Shown here: positions 26,295 to 34,166 of the stretch, piece after piece | How positions within the stretch are numbered: the stretch's first letter is position 1 | Layout: each line of letters begins with the position of its first letter | From: an uncultured Bdellovibrionales bacterium | GTDB taxonomy: Bacteria > Patescibacteriota > Minisyncoccia > Moranbacterales > UBA1568 | Length of the DNA: 53,359 nt | NCBI GenBank assembly: GCA_964597355.1 | Contig: CAZQWS010000006.1 | Span: 1-53,359 of the forward strand | Reading direction: 5' to 3' | Translations under genes and position numbers: made by a program | The notes under the pieces: generated by a model | Database searches by the model: none | Told to the model about the DNA's origin: nothing | Seen by the model: only the letters and a program-made list of their open reading frames with translations

Positions 26295-27419
26295 ATGCCC
26301 AAAAAAGTCCTGCTTGCTACCCGTCCGCTTGTTCCTCCTTGGGATGAAGCCTCCAAAAATTTCGCTTACTTTCTCGGGCGTGAGGTACGAAATCATGAGC
26401 TTACTCTTCTCACTACTAAAGAAAAACTCATCGGCCTTCCCGAAACGGTTACCGAAGAACCGATTTTTGAAAGCAATCACCTTGATCTCTCAGCCAAACT
26501 AAACCTGTTTCGCTATCTTCGTAAAATGCGAAAGAATTTTGATATTACTCATTACCTTTTTACTCCTACCAAGCAAAATTCAACCCTTATCAAACTTCTG
26601 GCAAAACCAACCCACGGAAAAACACTCCAAACCATCGCTACCCTCCGAGAAGACCTCTACTCTCCAGAAGAACTCCGTTCCATGCTTTTTGCTGATCATC
26701 TGATCGTTTATACCGATCTCACTAAGGAGAAGCTCGAGAAACTTGGCTTTAATAATGTTTCGCGTATCTATCCAGGAATTGATCTCGAACTCTATCGGCC
26801 TACGGGAAAAAATCAGAACGTTCTCGATACCTACCACCTCAGTCCGGAAGACTGCTTCATTATCTATCCTGGCGAATATACTCGCCTAGGTGCGACCGAT
26901 ATACTCACAGAGGCCTTTATCGAATATTTTACTCAGCATCTTGAAAGCCGAGTAAAGTTTCTCTTTGCCTGTCGGATCAAAAACGAAGTCGACGCAAAAA
27001 AGCGTGAAGCACTCCGAAAAATAGTTACCGAAAAAGGTTTGGCAGACAAGATCCTCTTCGATGAAAACAATGCTACCTTTGACATGCCTGCCCTCTACAA
27101 CACCGCTGACCTCGTTCTCTTTCCGGTAGAAAACCTCCGGGGAAAATTTGATGTTCCCCTGGTGATTATCGAAGCCTATGCCTGTGGTAAGCCCGTTATC
27201 CTCAGCGATTTACCCCAGTTCCGAGAATTTACAAATAGTGATATTTGTGTTACTATCCCCAAAGACTCAAAGGAGAAATTACTTGAATCTGTGGCTTATT
27301 TAAGCCAAAATGAAGCTGAAAGAATGCGTCTAGGAGAAAAAGCTCGACGCTTTGTAAAAGATCATTTTGATCTCAAAAATACTGCCAAGCAGTATGAAGA
27401 GGTCTATTCTTCTCTCTAA
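26295..27419 (+). CDS. GT4 glycosyltransferase (atypical EX7E)
   Basis: GT-B layout, IYPGID, LVLFP, PLVIIEAYACGKPVILSD; the first Glu of EX7E appears replaced (GKFDVP). Confidence 0.85.
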   Translation: MPKKVLLATRPLVPPWDEASKNFAYFLGREVRNHELTLLTTKEKLIGLPETVTEEPIFESNHLDLSAKLNLFRYLRKMRKNFDITHYLFTPTKQNSTLIKLLAKPTHGKTLQTIATLREDLYSPEELRSMLFADHLIVYTDLTKEKLEKLGFNNVSRIYPGIDLELYRPTGKNQNVLDTYHLSPEDCFIIYPGEYTRLGATDILTEAFIEYFTQHLESRVKFLFACRIKNEVDAKKREALRKIVTEKGLADKILFDENNATFDMPALYNTADLVLFPVENLRGKFDVPLVIIEAYACGKPVILSDLPQFREFTNSDICVTIPKDSKEKLLESVAYLSQNEAERMRLGEKARRFVKDHFDLKNTAKQYEEVYSSL

Positions 27420-27494
27420 TTCATCTCGAACTCTCTACGGGTCTTCATAATTCTTATTTTGACCCTCTAGAGCTCTCTTTTTCAAAATTATAGT

Positions 27495-29000
27495 ATGTAC
27501 GAACAAGCCTTCAAAAAAATTTCAGAACACAAAAGTGAAATGCGGACGGAAAAGATGAAAGTGCCGGTCGTGTTTCATATTGGGGAAAAACTCATGCCCA
27601 ATGTCGATACTTTGGCCCAGCTCGAAAGTGTGGCCAGCAACGATTCGGTGTCACAACATATCGCTGCTATGGCTGATGTTCACAGTAAGCCTGGCCGAAA
27701 AAATGCTACCGGTACCACTGTTGTTTCCGAAAAGTTTATCCTGCCTCAGGTCAATGACTCTGACCCTGCTTGTGGAATGCGTTTGGTCCGTCTCAATCTC
27801 GACGAAAGCAATATCACTCCCGAAGAAATTGATCGCGTCTTCCAGGCAGCTACCAAAACTGTTCCGACCAAAAAATATGTAGGGACCGTATTGCCCTTCC
27901 ATGTTATCGTCGATATTTGTCGTCTCGGAATCGAGCCCCTCATCAAGTACCTCGGTATCAAGACCAAGAACGAAGCTCAAAATAGTATTGACCGCGGGAA
28001 CTTCTTCCAAACGCCGCCCAGTCGTTTTGATATTCTTCGACTCCTTCCTCCCCTCTTCCTCTTTTTTGCTCAATTCCGCGCCGGTATTATTGGCGCTGCC
28101 GGCAATCACTTTCTCGACCTCATGAAGGTAACGGATGTCATCGATCCAGAAGTGGCTGCTAAGTTTAATCTCAAGAAGGGTCAGTATATCCTCATGGTGC
28201 ACTGTGGGTCAGGCATTCTCGGCCAATACACCATGTACATGTACACCGCCAAGAAACGTGAGCATCTTTCCACGGCCATTCTCATGAATATCGGCCGCTT
28301 CTTCTGGTTGACTCCTTTCCGAAAGACTATCAATGCTATCGCTCAGAAAATCCGTGAGTCAAACTTTGGAAAGAAAGAACCCCTGATCACGTTTGATGGC
28401 GAGGGCGAGGACGGGAAGCTTTACATGCAGGCTCGCTATGCCTGCTCTAACTTCGCACATGCTAACCGAGCCACTATTACTCATAACTTCGTCAAAACGG
28501 CTGAAAAGGTATTGGGGCGGACTATCGAAGCCGATCTCCTCTACGATATGCCGCATATCCTCGTGTCACAGGAGGAACATTATGGCAAAAACATGTGGGT
28601 ACACCGGAACGGCACCTCGAGAGCCTATGGCAAGGCGCGTATGGCTGATCATCCAGTCTTCAAAGACACCGGCGAACCAGCCTTTATCCCGACTTCTATG
28701 AGTACGGAAGCCTATCTTTGCGTCGGCCAAGATGGTAACGTCACGAGTTTTTACTCATGCAATCACGGTGCCGGAAAATCTGCCAAGAAAACTGAAAGTG
28801 TCGTCCCCGAAAGCAAAGCCGAGCTCCACGAAAAGCTCAAAGAGAAAGGCGTGAAACTCTACAACGGTCGCTCGTCCAAAGTGATCGAACAGGATTCTTC
28901 GCATTACAAACGCGCTGAAGACGTGATCGAAAGCGTCGTCGAAAACGAAGTCGTTAAACCCGTCGTCAAATTGCAGCCTATTTCAGTGATCATGTATTAG
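27495..29000 (+). CDS. Divergent RtcB-family protein
   Basis: MADVH, DPACG (DxxCG), GNHFLD, VHCGS, NFAHANR, YDMPH, VHRNG, IPTSMS, CNHGAG, EQ....YK, C-terminal KLQPISV all align with the RtcB motif order. Symbol withheld because several conserved residues differ. Confidence 0.88.
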   Translation: MYEQAFKKISEHKSEMRTEKMKVPVVFHIGEKLMPNVDTLAQLESVASNDSVSQHIAAMADVHSKPGRKNATGTTVVSEKFILPQVNDSDPACGMRLVRLNLDESNITPEEIDRVFQAATKTVPTKKYVGTVLPFHVIVDICRLGIEPLIKYLGIKTKNEAQNSIDRGNFFQTPPSRFDILRLLPPLFLFFAQFRAGIIGAAGNHFLDLMKVTDVIDPEVAAKFNLKKGQYILMVHCGSGILGQYTMYMYTAKKREHLSTAILMNIGRFFWLTPFRKTINAIAQKIRESNFGKKEPLITFDGEGEDGKLYMQARYACSNFAHANRATITHNFVKTAEKVLGRTIEADLLYDMPHILVSQEEHYGKNMWVHRNGTSRAYGKARMADHPVFKDTGEPAFIPTSMSTEAYLCVGQDGNVTSFYSCNHGAGKSAKKTESVVPESKAELHEKLKEKGVKLYNGRSSKVIEQDSSHYKRAEDVIESVVENEVVKPVVKLQPISVIMY

Positions 29001-29041
29001 TATTACACTGAAATCATTCTTCACTATCTCTCGTCTCGCTT

Positions 29042-29641
29042 ATGCAAATTATCACTCTCTCTGGTGTCGACGGGAGTGGGAAAAGCACCCAACTCACTCA
29101 CTTACAACAACTCCTCGAAGCAAAGGGAGGAAAGGTTGCCTATATTCATGCCGTAGCCTTTAGTCTCCCCCAAGCTGCTCGTGGCCTTTTTATACGCCCT
29201 CAAAAAGAAAAGACTCCGAGTAAAGCCAAAGCAAAAAGCGGTTTCGTTGGTGTTTTCCTTCGAAAAATAATCCTCCTCATTGATCTCATCCGTTTTCATT
29301 TCTTTGTAAAACAGCTCAAAAAAGCCGGCGTACACTACCTTCTCTCTGACCGGTATTTTTATGATACCCTCGTCAATATCGCCTATCTCGATGGTACCAA
29401 GCTCAATACTTCTTTTGCTCGCCTTGCCAATCGATTCATTCCCAAACCAAACAAAGCCTACTATCTCAGAGTTACCCCTGAGAAAGTTATGGAACGACCA
29501 AGAAAGCCAGAGCAAGGCCTTCAGTACCTCAAAGATAAAACCATTCTTTTCAATGAAGCTGCGCTTCTGTGGTCATTCATCACTCTCGATGCAGACCAGC
29601 CAATCGAGACAGTAGCCGAATCTTTGCATCAATCCTTATGA
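29042..29641 (+). CDS. Thymidylate-kinase-like P-loop kinase (DRYxYD subtype)
   Basis: SGVDGSGKSTQ P-loop, LLSDRYFYD, PKPNKAYYLRV; lacks the REPGG and AYQG motifs of housekeeping Tmk. Confidence 0.8.
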   Translation: MQIITLSGVDGSGKSTQLTHLQQLLEAKGGKVAYIHAVAFSLPQAARGLFIRPQKEKTPSKAKAKSGFVGVFLRKIILLIDLIRFHFFVKQLKKAGVHYLLSDRYFYDTLVNIAYLDGTKLNTSFARLANRFIPKPNKAYYLRVTPEKVMERPRKPEQGLQYLKDKTILFNEAALLWSFITLDADQPIETVAESLHQSL

Positions 29642-29692
29642 AGCAAAAACCTGCCCGGCACTCCGCTTGCTTACAACTCTTGTAAAGAGACT

Positions 29693-31219
29693 ATGTCATC
29701 CAAAGAACATCTCTCATCAACAGATTCAAAACCACATTCTTCAAAGCGTGGTGCGGGGTTTGCCCAAGCCGTCATCTGGCTCACCCTCGCTGAAATCATC
29801 TACAACTTGTCAGGGTATATCGTCCATGCGCTCACTGGCCGCTTTCTTGGGCCGGCTGAATATGGTCGCTACGGACTCGTTATCACCCTCACTACCATGG
29901 TGATTGTCCTCGTGGGAAACGGCATCCCTACGGCCATGTCCAAATATCTTTCTGCGGCTTCAGAAAAAGATCCAGGAACTATTTATGGCATTCGTCGGGC
30001 TGCCTTTCGGATTCAACTCATTCTCATGGGGAGCCTTACTTTTCTTTTTTTCCTCGCAGCGCCCCTCATCGCCTCACTCTTGCGTGATCCAAGTCTTACT
30101 CCGCTGTTCCAACTTTCGAGCCTCATCATTCCTACTTTTGCTGCTGCCTCTTTCAATCTCTATTTCTTTATTGGCCTCCATTTTTTCCGGGTTCAAGCCT
30201 TCCTCAAAACCCTCCGCTCATTGGGACGAATTATCTTTATCGGTGGTCTCGCTTTTATGAGTGGCACCTGGGGCGCAGTAACGGGTAATATCCTCGCGCC
30301 ACTCATTGTTTTCCTCGTCGGGCTCACTCTAGAGCCCTGGCTCATGCGACGCTACTTTCCTGAAGCTCATCAAGCCAAAACGACTGCCTCGAGCTTTCCT
30401 TGGCGTGACATCGTATCACAGGCGCTTCCCTTGACCCTCTTCCTCCTTTTCTACGAACTCATTCTCACGGTCGATCTTTTCTTGGTAAAAATTCTTCTCG
30501 CCGATGATCATCTAACCGGTATTTACAATGCCGCTATTACTGTCGGACGTATTCCTTATTATCTTTTTTACGCTCTCGCTATCGCCCTTCTTCCGACCAT
30601 TGCTAAGACTGAGGCTCATCGTGACACGGAAGCTACCAAGAAACTCCTGAGCCAATCTTTCCGTCTCATGCTTTTCTTACTCATTCCGCTTGTTGTACTC
30701 CTGGCTCGCTACGCCCCTGAGACCCTTCATCTCTTCTATGGCAATGCTTTCCTTGAAGCAGCTCTCCCTATGACTATTCTCACTATCGGTGTCGGCTGTC
30801 TCACGGTTTTTTATGTCTTTACTTTTGCTATGAATGGAGCAGGACTGCTTCGTTTCCCGCTTCAACTCTCAATTGCTGGCGTTATGCTCGGTCTCGCGCT
30901 CAACCTGACCCTTATCCCGCTGTATAGTCTCATTGGTGCAGCACTCGCCGTTACGATCGTTTCTTTCCTTCTCATGCTCGGTATCCTCATCAAAGTCTTC
31001 ACTCACTTCAAACTTTCATTCCCGTGGCGTACGGTTTTCTTTTCCTTCCTCGGAGTGCTTCTCCTATGGTTCGTCAGCCGGTTCCTGCCCGATGGCAGCT
31101 GGTTCATTCTCTCCAGTACTATTCTTGGAGTCATTTACCTCAGTTTCCTCTATCTCACCAAGGCCTTGACCCCAGAAGACCTCGCCCCTTTCAAGAAATT
31201 CGTTAAACGCTCAGCTTAG
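29693..31219 (+). CDS. Wzx-like oligosaccharide flippase (MOP superfamily)
   Basis: ~14 TM, RFLGPAEYG, GIYNAA, NLTLIPLYSLIGAALA. Confidence 0.9.
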   Translation: MSSKEHLSSTDSKPHSSKRGAGFAQAVIWLTLAEIIYNLSGYIVHALTGRFLGPAEYGRYGLVITLTTMVIVLVGNGIPTAMSKYLSAASEKDPGTIYGIRRAAFRIQLILMGSLTFLFFLAAPLIASLLRDPSLTPLFQLSSLIIPTFAAASFNLYFFIGLHFFRVQAFLKTLRSLGRIIFIGGLAFMSGTWGAVTGNILAPLIVFLVGLTLEPWLMRRYFPEAHQAKTTASSFPWRDIVSQALPLTLFLLFYELILTVDLFLVKILLADDHLTGIYNAAITVGRIPYYLFYALAIALLPTIAKTEAHRDTEATKKLLSQSFRLMLFLLIPLVVLLARYAPETLHLFYGNAFLEAALPMTILTIGVGCLTVFYVFTFAMNGAGLLRFPLQLSIAGVMLGLALNLTLIPLYSLIGAALAVTIVSFLLMLGILIKVFTHFKLSFPWRTVFFSFLGVLLLWFVSRFLPDGSWFILSSTILGVIYLSFLYLTKALTPEDLAPFKKFVKRSA

Positions 31220-31245
31220 TTTCTCAACAAACATCTCTTATAAAG

Positions 31246-31307
31246 AGGCTTATCCAAGCCTTTTTTAATATTATAGTATTGACTCAAATTAAGAAAAGTG
31301 CTATAGT
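31246..31307 (+). promoter_or_regulatory. Cassette-2 left hairpin/terminator and sigma70 promoter
   Basis: AGGCTT-ATCC-AAGCCT-TTTTT (31246-31266); TTGACT 31279-31284, N17, TG-C-TATAGT 31299-31307. Confidence 0.75.
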
Positions 31308-31383
31308 TTATCGTTGCAAAGTCTCGAACTGTGCAATGGCTGTATTCCCGGCCATTAGGGAAAGTTCTTTCAAGGAGAGCACA

Positions 31384-31773
31384 ATGAGTGCAGACACCAC
31401 CGTCGTCATCGCGGCCTACATCCGCCCATGGTATAGCGAGCTGGCGTACACGGCCGAGGTTGTCCAAGCCGTCGAGAACCTGTTCGATGATGAGTCCGCC
31501 CTGGAGACGGCCAAGACCATCTTCCTCATGCGTCCTCGCGTCTGGTTCACCGGCACTGGTGGTTTGAGCCGGGCGAAGCAATTCGCCAACCTGCTCGCCG
31601 AGGAAACTCGCGAGAACGGTATCCTTGAATACGAGAATCGGCTGATCATCGAGATCGCTGAGGATGGGGTGTATAGGCTCTCTCGTAGGGGTAAGCGTCT
31701 ACCGCTTGTTCAGGAGGTAGACCGAGAAGAGGCTCTGCCTTACGACGACTGTCAGTCCTATCACATACCTTAA
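31384..31773 (+). CDS. GC-rich hypothetical protein (129 aa)
   Basis: ATG 31384 follows AAGGAG; the 31279 TTG of the ORF track is the -35 box. Spot count 37/60 GC in line 31501. Confidence 0.7.
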   Translation: MSADTTVVIAAYIRPWYSELAYTAEVVQAVENLFDDESALETAKTIFLMRPRVWFTGTGGLSRAKQFANLLAEETRENGILEYENRLIIEIAEDGVYRLSRRGKRLPLVQEVDREEALPYDDCQSYHIP

Positions 31774-31785
31774 GCTCAAAGGCTA

Positions 31786-31833
31786 GGTGTAATCGCACCG
31801 CAAACGACCCCCCCCTACAAGAGGTCGTTTTTG
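31786..31833. terminator. Double-hairpin terminator of cassette 2
   Basis: GGTG...CACC (31786-31799), then AAACGACC/GGTCGTTT followed by a T-rich tract. Confidence 0.7.
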
Positions 31834-31853
31834 TTTTGTCTGTTTACAATTTC

Positions 31854-34163
31854 TTATGGAAGGATTTCCAATCCCTTCTCGGCAGTGAAAGTGAGGTTTT
31901 TTTCGGTGACGCGGAGCTTACCATCGGCGTCAATACTCATTTCAAGCGCAACGGATTTTTTACTCGAATCCCCAGTTTGGAACTTTTCAAAAGCTGAGCC
32001 AAGGGAAGTATAGACGGGAACATTCTCAAGATTCTTTTGTTCATAGGGTATTACGAGTCCTGTCCCGATAACAAGGGACACTCCAGTCTTCACGATTTCT
32101 TGCAACAGTTCCTCTCGTTTGGGACTCATCACTTTCCCCTGCTTTTCATCCCAAGCGATAACCACAACCACTGGTTCGTTTTTCTCTTTCATCGGAACCA
32201 GAGTCTCACGCAACACATCAAGACCGATCCCGCCATTTTCGCGATAGTCTACCCAATGCATTTTTTCCGCACCTAACCATGTGGTTACACTCATCTCCCC
32301 TACTTCCCTGTCTGGAATTTCATTTTTAATCTTGCCAAGGGTTCGTATGTCGGTATAAGAAAGGTTGGCTGCTGTCTTTCGAAAAGGGATAGGATCCGCA
32401 AGTATTTGAGCTGCATTACTAAGATGTATAATATCCAAATTTGCTGCAGCAAACATATTACTAAATCGTAGTGGAAAAGAAAGTTCTGCTGATGCTCCAA
32501 TAGGTGGCAGCGGATCAGCTTCGTCACCTAAGGGGAGCCGTAAATCTCCAATAAATTCCAAGTATGAAGGACTGGCTTCAATAAGTCCTCTCACTAAACG
32601 TTCATCCCCTGAACGCACTGCCACCTCTCGCACTTTTGGATAATAACCAAGTGTACCGAGAAAAAGCACTCTTGCTTCAGGATTAGTATTGAGAAGTGTT
32701 ATTACTTCTCCCTGGGATCCAAACAGGGATTCTCCTTTGTTTCCAAGGAGACGATGTGCCCAACCGAAAAGAGAGAAGTGGCAGACAGGTGATCGTAGAG
32801 TCTCTTGCATCTTTTCTTCAAGAGACTTCAGTTGAGTTATTTTTTCATCTACTGAGATTTGATTGGATTCATAGCGAAGAGCAGACCTTTCCTCTGTAAG
32901 ACGAAGAATAAGTCTATCGATTTCTTGGATTGACTGTTTGAGATTATTTTCACCTCTGGTAGAGCCGGCTACATAACACATCCAGTTAGAACGTTGTTTG
33001 ACTATTGCATCCGTTCGACTGTTACCTGTTTGAAGAAATATATCTATAGTTTGAAAAACGGGATCAAGTCGATTCTGCTCCTCTTTGGCATATTGCTCTA
33101 ATTTCGTTTTACGAAACTCAATAGATTTCTGTAAACGATCAGTCAGCTCCGTTTGGTTCAGAGAGAGATTAGCCTCATGTTCATCCTCCATAGCCTGCTG
33201 CTCAGCCTTTTCTTTTTCAAAAGCCAATCGTTCCTCATCAGTCAAAATTTTACAAGCAGGAGATATCTCCCCTATCTTATTCTCTTTATAAATATTACTT
33301 TCTATCTTAAGTGAGTTCAGATAGTATAGAGAGGAATCCAGATTTCCTTGAGGAGCTTTACAATCTACCCCGTACCTGTTTTTGCTGAACGTATTATCTT
33401 TGATATGTACATCGCCAAACTTCTTGGCGCTATGGAAAAACTGTGCTGCAATACCACTCGCGACGTTACCAGAAAATGTATTACCACTAAAGACAAACTC
33501 CGCACTCCCCAAAATAATCTCTACTCCTGATTCTTGATTGTTCCGGAAGCTACTGTTCTTGATAAATCCCGTGACATTTTCCCGGATATCAACACCTTCT
33601 TCACGGCCATTGACCACCTCTATATTTTCAATCTCCGCCCTCGTTCCCGCCTGAAGATATAGCCCCTTCCCCGCATTTTCGATCATTGTATCCCGAACCA
33701 CTACCATCGTACTGCCTGGTTCGGTTTTGATAGCCACTTTGTTAATATCTTTGAAACGCAATTTCTCTAATTCGACACGAGAATTTTTGGTTATTAACAC
33801 ATCACCTGTTTTGGTAAATCCAAGTTTCTCAAGCTCGACACCATCAGAAAGAATCATGTCGCCAGTAATCGTAACTGCTTTAGCATCAGCCCCCACTATA
33901 GAGGTCCCTCTAGGAACTGTAACATCGGCCCCATAATTTCCAGGGAAAACATAAATCTTTTGTCCCTTGTCATCTCCAATGGCATCTACTGCAGCTTGGA
34001 TTGAACCAAAGGGATCATCTTCGGAGCCATCTCCGTCCTCACCAGCTTTGACATAATAATCATAACTCGCTGCCTGAATCGGCAAGACAATCAAAAAGTT
34101 GCCCGTTACCAACAGGAAAAGCAAAAACAGGTTCGAATAGGATGAGAAAAGGCGCTCAAACAT
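31854..34163 (-). CDS. Exported multidomain protein: right-handed beta-helix + coiled coil + degenerate CapA/metallophosphatase-like domain
   Basis: Signal peptide; YYV...G.D.G.G...PFGSIQAAVD start; parallel beta-helix repeats (NNQESGVEI, GNTFSGN); C-terminal VLFLG...VVIAW...LVIG...VYTSLG follows the CapA motif order. Confidence 0.7.
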   Translation of the reverse strand: MFERLFSSYSNLFLLFLLVTGNFLIVLPIQAASYDYYVKAGEDGDGSEDDPFGSIQAAVDAIGDDKGQKIYVFPGNYGADVTVPRGTSIVGADAKAVTITGDMILSDGVELEKLGFTKTGDVLITKNSRVELEKLRFKDINKVAIKTEPGSTMVVVRDTMIENAGKGLYLQAGTRAEIENIEVVNGREEGVDIRENVTGFIKNSSFRNNQESGVEIILGSAEFVFSGNTFSGNVASGIAAQFFHSAKKFGDVHIKDNTFSKNRYGVDCKAPQGNLDSSLYYLNSLKIESNIYKENKIGEISPACKILTDEERLAFEKEKAEQQAMEDEHEANLSLNQTELTDRLQKSIEFRKTKLEQYAKEEQNRLDPVFQTIDIFLQTGNSRTDAIVKQRSNWMCYVAGSTRGENNLKQSIQEIDRLILRLTEERSALRYESNQISVDEKITQLKSLEEKMQETLRSPVCHFSLFGWAHRLLGNKGESLFGSQGEVITLLNTNPEARVLFLGTLGYYPKVREVAVRSGDERLVRGLIEASPSYLEFIGDLRLPLGDEADPLPPIGASAELSFPLRFSNMFAAANLDIIHLSNAAQILADPIPFRKTAANLSYTDIRTLGKIKNEIPDREVGEMSVTTWLGAEKMHWVDYRENGGIGLDVLRETLVPMKEKNEPVVVVIAWDEKQGKVMSPKREELLQEIVKTGVSLVIGTGLVIPYEQKNLENVPVYTSLGSAFEKFQTGDSSKKSVALEMSIDADGKLRVTEKNLTFTAEKGLEILP

Positions 34164-34166
34164 GAA

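Noticed and set aside
4679-29000. ThpR plus RtcB as a coupled RNA-repair system
   Set aside because: 22 kb apart in different operons; ThpR-type enzymes yield 2'-phosphates, which RtcB does not ligate; the RtcB-like protein is atypical.
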